Source of the DNA: Deltaproteobacteria bacterium
GTDB lineage: Bacteria; Bdellovibrionota; Bdellovibrionia; Bdellovibrionales; Bdellovibrionaceae
Reading direction: 5' to 3'
DNA length: 64,000 nucleotides
Assembly: GCA_017302835.1 (NCBI GenBank)
Contig: JAFLCC010000007.1
Location: 79,870-143,869 of the forward strand
Under the pieces are notes generated by a model. The model made no database searches. It worked only from the letters and a program-made list of their open reading frames with translations, and was not told where the DNA came from. A program made the translations under genes and the position numbers. Positions 26,647-35,116 of this stretch are shown piece by piece; the first letter of the stretch is position 1, and every line of letters begins with the position of its first letter.

Positions 26647-29385
26647 TTATAAAATCAATACCCTCTCCTTTTTTGAGAGCAATTGCGCTCTGGCCGCTGC
26701 CAACCTAGCAATGGGGACACGGTAAGGAGAACAGCTCACGTAATCTAAACCAACTTGATGAAAGAACTCGATGCTCTCGGGATCCCCACCATGCTCGCCA
26801 CAAACTCCTGTTTTTAAATCAGGCTTTGCCCTTCGGCCCAGCTCGACCCCCATCCTAACCAAAGCTCCAACACCTTTTTTATCAATCGAGACAAAGGGAT
26901 CCTTCACGAAGAGCCCTTGACTCACATAGGATCCTAGAAATCTTCCCGCATCGTCACGAGATAAACCCAAAGTAGTTTGAGTCAAATCATTCGTTCCAAA
27001 GCTGAAGAAATCGGCATGCTCAGCAATGGACTCAGCCATTACGGCAGCTCGAGGCAACTCGATCATGGTACCCACTGTGTATTTAAACTTAAGTGATCTT
27101 TCTTTTTGCACCTTTTCAATCTCATGAACAGTTAACTCGCGAAGCATTTCTAACTCTTTTTCTAAGGCCACCAGAGGGATCATTATTTCTGGAGAAATAC
27201 TTTTCCCTTCTTTAATTAAATCACAGGTGGCTTCGGCGATGGCCCGCACCTGCATTTGATAGATTTCAGGATAGGTTATTGCCAAACGACATCCACGATG
27301 TCCTAACATAGGGTTAAACTCATGAAGGTTTTTAATCTTGGCCTTTAATTTTTCAAAGTCCATTCCAATGCGGACGGAAAGTTCTTGGGTCTCTTTATCC
27401 CCATGGGGAACAAATTCATGCAATGGAGGATCTAAGAGCCTAATCGTGACAGGAAATCCTTCCATGATTTTAAAAAGGGAGTAAAAATCACTTCTCTGCA
27501 TGGGTAATAACTTCAATAAAGCTTTTTCCCGATCTATTTTATTATCGGCAATGATCATCTCTCTCATCGCATCTATTCTGTCAGGACCGAAAAACATATG
27601 TTCCGTTCGACATAGACCAATCCCCTCAGCGCCAAAACTTTTAGCAGTGCTAGCGTCTTTAGGAGTGTCCGCATTGGTTCTGACTTTTAATTTTCTGATA
27701 TGATCGGCCACCTTCATGATCCGCTCAAAGTTTTGATCCAAAGATGGCTCGATGGTTTTCACTTCACCCAGATAAACTTCCCCGCTGCTCCCATCTAAAG
27801 TGATAAGGTCCCCTTTTTTTAAAACATATCCCTTAGCTTTCATTGTTTGATGGCGGTAATCCACTTCCATATCGCCGCAACCGGCGACACAACACTTACC
27901 CATGCCTCTAGCAACGACAGCCGCATGGGAGGTCATTCCACCTCTCGTGGTTAAAATCCCTTGCGCGGCGACCATTCCAGCAATGTCTTCTGGCGATGTT
28001 TCTATTCGAACTAAAATAACTTTTTTTCCTTTTTCTTTCCATTCAACAGCCTCTTCGGAAGAAAAAACAATCTGTCCATGAACACCACCAGGGCTTGCCG
28101 GAAGACCTTTCGCCAGAAGAGTCTTGGCTGATTGAGGATCCAATGTTGGATGTAACAATTGATCCAAGGAGCTTGGATCAATTCTCAACAGAGATTCCTC
28201 TTCGCTAATTAATTTTTCATCCAACATATCGCAAGCCATTTTCAATGCCGCTTTGGCAGTCCTCTTCCCCGTTCGAGTTTGCAACATCCACAGTTTCCCT
28301 TTTTCAATGGTGAACTCGATATCTTGCATGTCTCGGTAATGCCGCTCTAGCTGGGTATAGAATTTTTCTAATTCGGCATAGGCTGAAGGCATCACTTCTT
28401 CCAACGACTTAAACGACGTTTTCGCTGCAGCTAATTTAGTGATAGGCTGAGGCGTACGAATCCCAGCAACCACATCTTCCCCTTGAGCATTAATTAAATA
28501 CTCTCCGAAAAATTCTTTATTGCCCGTTGAGGGATTTCTGGTAAAAGCCACTCCCGTTGCGGAATCATCACCCTTATTTCCAAAAACCATGGATTGAACA
28601 TTTACAGCCGTGCCCCAGCTTGAAGGAATGTGATGTAATTCACGATAAGTTATCGCCCGTGGAGTATCCCAAGAACTAAAGACGGCTGAAATAGCTCTCC
28701 ACAATTGATCCCAGGGGTCCGCTGGGAAAACTTGCCCTGTCATTTGATGAACTAGGTCTTTAAATTTTTTCACAAGTATCTTTAGATCTTCCACCGTTAA
28801 CTCTGTATCTAATTTGTAATGTCTTTCTTCTTTTAAATCCTCAAGAGTGACTTCCAATAAAGTTGAATTCATACCAAGAACGACATCTGAATACATTTGA
28901 ATAAATCGACGGTAAGAATCCCAGGCAAAGCGAGGTTGATTCGAAGATTGAGCTAAACCTTCAACTGTTTGATCATTCAATCCCAAATTTAAAATAGTAT
29001 CCATCATTCCAGGCATGGAGGCACGGGCTCCCGATCTAATAGAAAATAAAAGCGGATCTTTCACATCGCCAAATTTTTTCCCCATTTTAGTCTCCACTCT
29101 GGATAGCGCCTCTTTCACCTTGGGCCTCACCCATTCAGGTAGCTGACCCCCATTGGCAAAAAAGTGAGTGCATATTTCTGTAGAGATCGTAAACCCAGGA
29201 GGCACCGGCAATCCTAAAGCCGTCATTTCTGCAAGGTTGGCTCCCTTTCCACCTAAAATGCTTTTCATTCCGGCGTTGCCGTCAGCCTCTCCAGCTGCAA
29301 AAAAATAAACAAATTTATCTGGAATATTTGTATTGACACTTTCTGACGTTTTGCTGGACTTATTTTGACTTGTAGGAACTTGCAT
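26647..29385 (-). CDS. ppdK: Pyruvate, phosphate dikinase
   Basis: 912 aa with the GGMTSHAAVVARGMG phospho-His motif and a PEP-utilising C-terminal domain. Confidence 0.95.
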   Translation of the reverse strand: MQVPTSQNKSSKTSESVNTNIPDKFVYFFAAGEADGNAGMKSILGGKGANLAEMTALGLPVPPGFTISTEICTHFFANGGQLPEWVRPKVKEALSRVETKMGKKFGDVKDPLLFSIRSGARASMPGMMDTILNLGLNDQTVEGLAQSSNQPRFAWDSYRRFIQMYSDVVLGMNSTLLEVTLEDLKEERHYKLDTELTVEDLKILVKKFKDLVHQMTGQVFPADPWDQLWRAISAVFSSWDTPRAITYRELHHIPSSWGTAVNVQSMVFGNKGDDSATGVAFTRNPSTGNKEFFGEYLINAQGEDVVAGIRTPQPITKLAAAKTSFKSLEEVMPSAYAELEKFYTQLERHYRDMQDIEFTIEKGKLWMLQTRTGKRTAKAALKMACDMLDEKLISEEESLLRIDPSSLDQLLHPTLDPQSAKTLLAKGLPASPGGVHGQIVFSSEEAVEWKEKGKKVILVRIETSPEDIAGMVAAQGILTTRGGMTSHAAVVARGMGKCCVAGCGDMEVDYRHQTMKAKGYVLKKGDLITLDGSSGEVYLGEVKTIEPSLDQNFERIMKVADHIRKLKVRTNADTPKDASTAKSFGAEGIGLCRTEHMFFGPDRIDAMREMIIADNKIDREKALLKLLPMQRSDFYSLFKIMEGFPVTIRLLDPPLHEFVPHGDKETQELSVRIGMDFEKLKAKIKNLHEFNPMLGHRGCRLAITYPEIYQMQVRAIAEATCDLIKEGKSISPEIMIPLVALEKELEMLRELTVHEIEKVQKERSLKFKYTVGTMIELPRAAVMAESIAEHADFFSFGTNDLTQTTLGLSRDDAGRFLGSYVSQGLFVKDPFVSIDKKGVGALVRMGVELGRRAKPDLKTGVCGEHGGDPESIEFFHQVGLDYVSCSPYRVPIARLAAARAQLLSKKERVLIL

Positions 29386-29452
29386 ACCTTCTCCTTTTGT
29401 AAAATAACTTACTAAGCAAATCTAAAAACGCGCGTTCGCGGGGGAACTCCCG

Positions 29453-30844
29453 TTAAAAGTTTTTTAATTTTTTCGTCACATAGGAATTTAATTGAGTCAT
29501 CGAGATTCTCTCCTGAATCATGCTATCACGATGTCTGATGGTTACAGCCTGATCCTTGGCCGTTTCAAAGTCAACAGTAACGCAGAAAGGGGTGCCAATC
29601 TCATCTTGTCGACGGTAACGTTTTCCAATAGAGGCTGTTTCATCATATAAAACATCAAAATCTTCAGCCAATTGATCACGTAATTTCTCGCTCACCCCTG
29701 TGAGTTCTTCTTTTTTAGACAAGGGCAATACCGTCACTTTATAGGGAGCTAAATCAGGATGAAGACCCAAAACAATCCTTGTGTCTTCACTTCCTGTTTC
29801 GTCCTTGGAAACTTCTTCACGGTAGGCATCACACATAAAGGCTAAAAATAAGCGGTCACAGCCAACAGCCGTTTCAATAACATAGGGAATGTATTTATCT
29901 TTATTGGCTTCATCGAAATATTCTAAATTTTTTCCTGAAAATTTTGAATGTTGAGTTAAATCAAAATCAGAACGGTTATGAATACCCTCGAGCTCACTAA
30001 ATCCCATAGGGAATTTATACTGGACATCCACGGCAGCTTTGGCATAATGAGCCAGCTCTGTAGGTCCGTGGGGATGAAATCGTAAATTTGCCGGATTTAT
30101 ATTATATTTCAAATAGAAACTCATTCTCGTTTCTTTCCATTGTTCAAAATATTTCTCATCTGTCCCTGGTTTCACGAAATACTGCATTTCCATTTGTTCA
30201 AACTCCCGAGTTCTAAAAATAAAATTTCCCGGAGTGATTTCGTTTCGAAAAGATTTTCCAATGGCAGCAATACCAAAAGGAACCTTGTACCTTGAGCTTT
30301 GCTGGCAATTTTGAAAATTTACGAAATGCCCTTGGGCCGTTTCAGGTCGTAAATAAATAGCATTGGAGCCATCTTCCACAGGTCCCATATGGGTTTTAAA
30401 CATCAAATTAAATTGTCGAGGCTCTGACAAATTTTGCGACCCGCACTGAGGGCATTTCTTTTCATTAAGATAGGAATCGGTATTATCCGACCTGAATCTT
30501 GTTTTACAGTTTTTACAATCTACCAAAGGATCACTGAAACCATCCACATGACCTGAAGCCTTCCACACCATCGGATGCATCAGAATGGAAGCATCTATTC
30601 CGACCATATCAGCCCTTCGAGTCATGGCCTGCCACCAAGCCTTTTTCACATTTAATTTCATCAGAGAGCCTAAAGGACCATAGTCCCAACAACTGCCTAA
30701 GCCTCCATAAATCTCAGAACTCTGAAAGACAAAGCCTCGACGTTTGCTTAAGCTGACCAAGGTGTTTAAATCATTAAGTCTATTGATCGTGATTGATTTG
30801 TTTAGATTATCCATATTAGCGCCCTTTTCAAAATATATTTTCAA
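29453..30844 (-). CDS. glyQS: Glycine--tRNA ligase (single-chain, alpha2 type)
   Basis: Has class II motifs and the zinc-ribbon-like insertion CKNCKTRF...CPQCG typical of GlyQS. Confidence 0.95.
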   Translation of the reverse strand: MKIYFEKGANMDNLNKSITINRLNDLNTLVSLSKRRGFVFQSSEIYGGLGSCWDYGPLGSLMKLNVKKAWWQAMTRRADMVGIDASILMHPMVWKASGHVDGFSDPLVDCKNCKTRFRSDNTDSYLNEKKCPQCGSQNLSEPRQFNLMFKTHMGPVEDGSNAIYLRPETAQGHFVNFQNCQQSSRYKVPFGIAAIGKSFRNEITPGNFIFRTREFEQMEMQYFVKPGTDEKYFEQWKETRMSFYLKYNINPANLRFHPHGPTELAHYAKAAVDVQYKFPMGFSELEGIHNRSDFDLTQHSKFSGKNLEYFDEANKDKYIPYVIETAVGCDRLFLAFMCDAYREEVSKDETGSEDTRIVLGLHPDLAPYKVTVLPLSKKEELTGVSEKLRDQLAEDFDVLYDETASIGKRYRRQDEIGTPFCVTVDFETAKDQAVTIRHRDSMIQERISMTQLNSYVTKKLKNF

Positions 30845-30878
30845 AGGAAGGATGGCATAATCTACCCAGGGCGGTCAA

Positions 30879-32825
30879 CTAAAGTCCGATGCCGACCATT
30901 TCCATAGCCTTATCAAAGGCTCTCACCACTAATGATTTATCTTTTTCTGGCAAAAACTTATTTCGTGTTAAAACATTAAGAACATCCACGAAGTACTTAT
31001 ACTTTGTGCCAAACTTTTCGTTAAGCACGCTATCATAATCTTTTCTTAGGGAAGACCACGAGCCGGAACCGTAACCATTTCTCCCAAATCTGTCTCCTGT
31101 GGCAATATCTAGCTTTATTCTTCCATCCTTAGAAGCCCCTTCATAATGAGCAAACCACGAATCAGCTGTTTCAATTTTCCCATGGGATGGATCCAGAACC
31201 CAAAAACCCCCACCGGCCTTATCAACCATAACAGCCACATGAAAACCCCAACCAAATAATCCGCCTCTCATTGGTCCATAAATAAATATTTTCTTAATGG
31301 AATCACGATGGATTCCATTCTGCAACATGATCATATTTCCAAAAAAAGCACGACCAAAACAAAAACCAAATTTGGAAGCAGGGTCATACTTTACCAAGTC
31401 AAATAATCTGATTCCTGAAGTGTAACTCATAATACGAAAAATATCCTGAGCTTCAGCTTCCGTGAGTGCCGTTCGAATCATCTTTTCTTCTCGAATTAAC
31501 TCTGTATTTAAGCGCCCCACATCATTACTTACAAATTCCCATAGCTTATCAAAATGCTTTATCTTTTGCTCTAAGGCGCTTTTTAGATCCTCTGAAGTAA
31601 AAGTGGCTTTACGCTGTTTTAATTCTCTAGCGATTCTAAATATATCCATTCCTCGCCTTGTCCTTAACAAATTAAGAATGACCTCGTTGGATTTATTTGT
31701 TTTAGATAAAAAATATTTTTTATTTTCTAATTCTTTAATTAAGGTTGAATATTCATGATTAGGCCTTAAAACCTTGGATAATAACTTAAAATCAAAATCC
31801 TCCACAAAGAAATCGAATCGACTTTTTAAAAGGAATAAATTTCTCGCTTTGGATATCACAAAATCTTCAATCTCTTTGGCTGATTCAAAATTAGAGTCTT
31901 TACCTTCGTTATACCAGTACTCTCTTCGAAGGGTGTCCAAGGATTCCCGTAATAGATCATCGTTACTAATGATTCTATCAAGTTCAACCACTTGTTGTTT
32001 TCTTTCCTCAATCTTTGCCTGAGTCGTGAGACCCTCAAAGACCTTTTTTTGCTCTTGATTTCTGACAATACTATCATAGTTTTCTAATCCATCCAAAATT
32101 CGATGATTCCGTTTTTTAATCATTTCTGGAGTTACAAAAGTTGGATAGCTTTGAGCAAAATCAAATCGTTGTTGCGAGTAGGGGTCATCGACGATGACCT
32201 TTTCTTGATACAACTTTTCGAACTCCGACGAGGACAACTCTTTCCCGGCGAAAGTAAAATATTTTAAAAAGTGATACTTCATAGTTTTAATTGCTTCCTC
32301 ATTCACTTCAAACTCTGTCCCGACAAATAAATCAAAATCTCTTCCAATGATTTTGCTAAATCTCAATGCCGCTATTTCCATTGAAGACAAGCTTACTTCC
32401 TCGTTCCTCATCTCTTTCAAAATTTTTTCAGCTTTTCTTTGCTGTTCAGCCACGATGATATGATTGAAATTAAAAAAATACTTTAAATCTCCCAGTGCAC
32501 GTGACCCATCTGGATGCTGAATCCCATTCTTAAGCTTCTCCTCTTCTTCTTTATTAATCTTTTCGGGATACAAAATAATTTTGCGAAGAGTTTCTTTAAA
32601 ACCTTCTTCCAAGACCTGACCAAATTCAGTTTGAAAAGCATCAGAAAATAACGTTAAATATTTCTGTTCATCCGACCTGATTTTTTCTAAAACTTCAGCA
32701 GTTCTGGCGCTGATTTTAGCCTTCTCAATTTCCCTTACTCCGCTGTAGACCTTCAAACAGGAAGATTCAGAAAAGGAAACCGTTGAAATAAATAAAATCA
32801 ACAAAGAAATCTTGCTATTTGCCAT
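30879..32825 (-). CDS. Secreted protein with a C-terminal transglutaminase-like (Cys-His-Asp) domain
   Basis: Has a signal peptide. The C-terminus reads FGFCFGRAFF...GWGFHVAVMV...GFWVLDPSHG (Cys489, His529, Asp545). Confidence 0.5.
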   Translation of the reverse strand: MANSKISLLILFISTVSFSESSCLKVYSGVREIEKAKISARTAEVLEKIRSDEQKYLTLFSDAFQTEFGQVLEEGFKETLRKIILYPEKINKEEEEKLKNGIQHPDGSRALGDLKYFFNFNHIIVAEQQRKAEKILKEMRNEEVSLSSMEIAALRFSKIIGRDFDLFVGTEFEVNEEAIKTMKYHFLKYFTFAGKELSSSEFEKLYQEKVIVDDPYSQQRFDFAQSYPTFVTPEMIKKRNHRILDGLENYDSIVRNQEQKKVFEGLTTQAKIEERKQQVVELDRIISNDDLLRESLDTLRREYWYNEGKDSNFESAKEIEDFVISKARNLFLLKSRFDFFVEDFDFKLLSKVLRPNHEYSTLIKELENKKYFLSKTNKSNEVILNLLRTRRGMDIFRIARELKQRKATFTSEDLKSALEQKIKHFDKLWEFVSNDVGRLNTELIREEKMIRTALTEAEAQDIFRIMSYTSGIRLFDLVKYDPASKFGFCFGRAFFGNMIMLQNGIHRDSIKKIFIYGPMRGGLFGWGFHVAVMVDKAGGGFWVLDPSHGKIETADSWFAHYEGASKDGRIKLDIATGDRFGRNGYGSGSWSSLRKDYDSVLNEKFGTKYKYFVDVLNVLTRNKFLPEKDKSLVVRAFDKAMEMVGIGL

Positions 32826-32945
32826 ACGTCACCCTTGAATCAAGTTTAGAGCGTGTTTGAAAAGCCATAAAAACACGTAAGTGATCATTTTAAACGAAAT
32901 TATTATTTCTTCCACTGTAGAGTTCCAGACATTTGAGCGCATTTC

Positions 32946-32973
32946 GTCACTCGGCTTTTGTCACTCGGCTTTC
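32946..32973. repeat. Tandem 14-mer (GTCACTCGGCTTTY) x2 plus a partial third copy
   Basis: Read directly from the sequence. It lies upstream of the abiE operator region. Confidence 0.8.
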
Positions 32974-33006
32974 GTCGCTTTCCGTAAAACAACCTTAGAA
33001 GTTCGA

Positions 33007-33051
33007 TATATTACCAATATATGGCCAAAATAGCCATATATTGGTAATATA
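33007..33051. promoter_or_regulatory. Operator IR1: a 19-bp perfect inverted repeat with a 7-bp spacer, overlapping a TATAAT box
   Basis: TATATTACCAATATATGGC-caaaata-GCCATATATTGGTAATATA. A TATAAT hexamer lies at 33048-33053. Confidence 0.6.
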
Positions 33052-33064
33052 ATTATATTTTATA

Positions 33065-33101
33065 TTGCTAATATATGGTAGATATGGCACTATATTAGCA
33101 A
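33065..33101. promoter_or_regulatory. Operator IR2: a second, imperfect copy of the same 15-7-15 palindrome
   Basis: TTGCTAATATATGGT-agatatg-GCACTATATTAGCAA. It is 54 bp from IR1 and 17 nt upstream of the abiEi start. Confidence 0.55.
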
Positions 33102-33117
33102 CAGCAAAGGGATTACT

Positions 33118-33771
33118 TTGAAGAACGAAATAGCCTATCTAAAAAAGTTAAAAACGATTGAAATCACAACCTCCATGCTTATGGGTGTGCTTTCTGACTA
33201 TGAAGATGCTCGAGGAAAAATAAGCTCCCTATGTAAAAAAGGATTATTGGCGCCAATTAAACAAGGCGTGTACCTACTTAACGAAGATCTGGGTTTACGT
33301 CCCTATTCTAAAGAAATATTAGCTAATTTAATCTATGGCCCCTCGTATATCTCATTAGAATCAGCTCTATCAAATTATGGGTTTATTCCAGAAAGAGTCA
33401 CAACAACCACATCTATCTGCTTTGGAAGAGGGAAATCTTTTTCCACTCCCGTGGGCGAGTTTGAATACCATCACATTAAAGAATCTATTTACGCAATGGG
33501 TGTCCAATTGAAAGAAGTATTTAAAGGTACCTATTGCCAATATGCAACTCCAGAAAAGGCACTTCTTGATTTTATCTACCTTAAAGAGGAAAAAGGAGCA
33601 TTTAAAAATGCCAAAGATTACTTTACCTATCTTTTAGAGTCTTACCGTTTTGATCTACAAACTATTGAAAATGAAATTTCATTAAAAAAACTGCAAACAC
33701 TAGCAGAGTCTTATCCATTTAAGCACATTCAGTGGTTTGCAAATGAACTAATAAGGAAGATACTAAAATGA
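33118..33771 (+). CDS. abiEi: Type IV toxin-antitoxin system antitoxin/transcriptional repressor, AbiEi family
   Basis: 217 aa with an N-terminal wHTH-like region (KKGLLAPIKQGVYLL) and YISLESALSNYGFIPE. It has a 4-nt ATGA overlap with the downstream AbiEii gene and uses a TTG start. Confidence 0.8.
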   Translation: MKNEIAYLKKLKTIEITTSMLMGVLSDYEDARGKISSLCKKGLLAPIKQGVYLLNEDLGLRPYSKEILANLIYGPSYISLESALSNYGFIPERVTTTTSICFGRGKSFSTPVGEFEYHHIKESIYAMGVQLKEVFKGTYCQYATPEKALLDFIYLKEEKGAFKNAKDYFTYLLESYRFDLQTIENEISLKKLQTLAESYPFKHIQWFANELIRKILK

Positions 33772-34628
33772 ATGAAGCCATAGAACAAATGCTCGCAAGG
33801 TATCAACCAAAATCAAGTATTGACTACGAAAATGCATTAAAAGAAATCTTGCAGGAAATTATTCTGCTCGGACTGGATCGAAATGGTTTTTTTGAAATTG
33901 CTGCATTTTACGGAGGGACAGCATTACGAATCATATATGGATTAGATCGCTTTTCCGAAGACTTGGACTTTACTCTTTTAAAGCCAGATCCCAATTTTAA
34001 ATTGGATAAGTATTTTTCAGGAATAGAACGAGAGCTCAAAGCCTTTGGTTTTGATTTTTCTCTCCACAGAGTTGATAAATCTGAAGACCGCAAAACAGAG
34101 TCAGCTTTTCTCAAAACCAATACCCACATGCTCTTTTTAACCATTCAAGGAACAAAGGGACTTGCTGATCGAATACAAAAAAACCACACTCTTAAAATTA
34201 AATTTGAAGTTGATGTTGATCCATCCACATCATTTGAAACTGAAATTAAGACGCTTTTACTACCCTCTCCTTTTACTGTAAAAACACTCACCTTATCTTC
34301 TTTGTTTGCAGGTAAAATGCATGCCGCCCTTTTAAGAAAATGGAAAAATAGAATCAAGGGACGAGATTTTTATGATGTCCAATGGTATATAGCACGCCAT
34401 ATACCAATTAAAAAAAGTTATTTAGAAGAAAAAATGAACGCCTCTGGTGCTTTGGCAATGCCCCTAACAAAAAAAATACTTATTGATCTATTCGAAAAAC
34501 GTGTCGAATCTATAGACTGGGATCATGCAAAAAAAGACGTTGCTAATTTTTTAAAAGATAAAAATCAAGTTCATTTATGGTCATCTCTTTTTTTTAAAGA
34601 GATCATTCAACAAATTAAGTTAGAGTGA
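33768..34628 (+). CDS. abiEii: Nucleotidyltransferase toxin, AbiEii/AbiGii (DUF1814) family
   Basis: Has the FYGGTALRIIYGLDRFSEDLDF signature and a size of 286 aa. Confidence 0.9.
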   Translation: MNEAIEQMLARYQPKSSIDYENALKEILQEIILLGLDRNGFFEIAAFYGGTALRIIYGLDRFSEDLDFTLLKPDPNFKLDKYFSGIERELKAFGFDFSLHRVDKSEDRKTESAFLKTNTHMLFLTIQGTKGLADRIQKNHTLKIKFEVDVDPSTSFETEIKTLLLPSPFTVKTLTLSSLFAGKMHAALLRKWKNRIKGRDFYDVQWYIARHIPIKKSYLEEKMNASGALAMPLTKKILIDLFEKRVESIDWDHAKKDVANFLKDKNQVHLWSSLFFKEIIQQIKLE

Positions 34629-34635
34629 TACTCAC

Positions 34636-34663
34636 AGGGTATACCAAAAAGGTATACCCTTTT
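34636..34663 (+). terminator. Intrinsic terminator after abiEii
   Basis: 10-bp stem AGGGTATACC/GGTATACCCT with an AAAAA loop, followed by TTT. Confidence 0.6.
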
Positions 34664-35116
34664 AAATTTTCAAAATGTAATATTCTTTGGAACCTTGGAA
34701 GCAAATTCCTCGCAATTCATTTAACAATTTATTCATAATCATTCTCATTTCTTTTTTTTATTAAAATTAAAGACTCCTGTTTACAAATTAAACGATAGCA
34801 AATAGTTAATCTATTTCAAAAAAAAACCATACCTCCCATGAACTTAGGTTCAAGCATCTGAAAATGATGGTTTTTTTAATTAATAAGTCTTAATAAACTA
34901 AGGAGATTGAAATCTTATTACCTGAAGCCACACTGGTAAACTGTCATCATGACTTTCTTCCGTTTTAACAATCGAAGGCCTGACAACCTTTGAATTAGGC
35001 CCTGTATCTCCAATTTTTAGTCACTAATCTGGTTCCGCGTAAAATTCTTAATGACAAACTCACCGACTCATCAATAAACTATTCCAGAAAACAGGTTTGC
35101 TTTCGAAGGGGTTTAA

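Noticed and set aside
29421-29452. A GC-rich segment between glyQS and ppdK, considered as an intrinsic terminator
   Set aside because: Only 4-bp stems can be drawn (CGGG/CCCG and CGCG/CGCG) before the T5 run. That is too weak to call without a folding calculation.
32946-32973. Short tandem repeats (this locus, 25463-25484 and 26577-26600) as possible CRISPR arrays
   Set aside because: The units are 6-14 nt and are directly abutting with no spacers. There are only 2-4 copies at each site and no cas genes are present.
33086-33101. TGGCAC-N5-TAGCA, a near match to the sigma-54 -24/-12 consensus, just upstream of abiEi
   Set aside because: The sequence is simply the right arm of operator IR2. 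A start about 12 nt downstream of it would leave a leader of about 6 nt that excludes the AAGGG ribosome-binding site. A TATAAT box lies upstream. The match is most likely coincidental.
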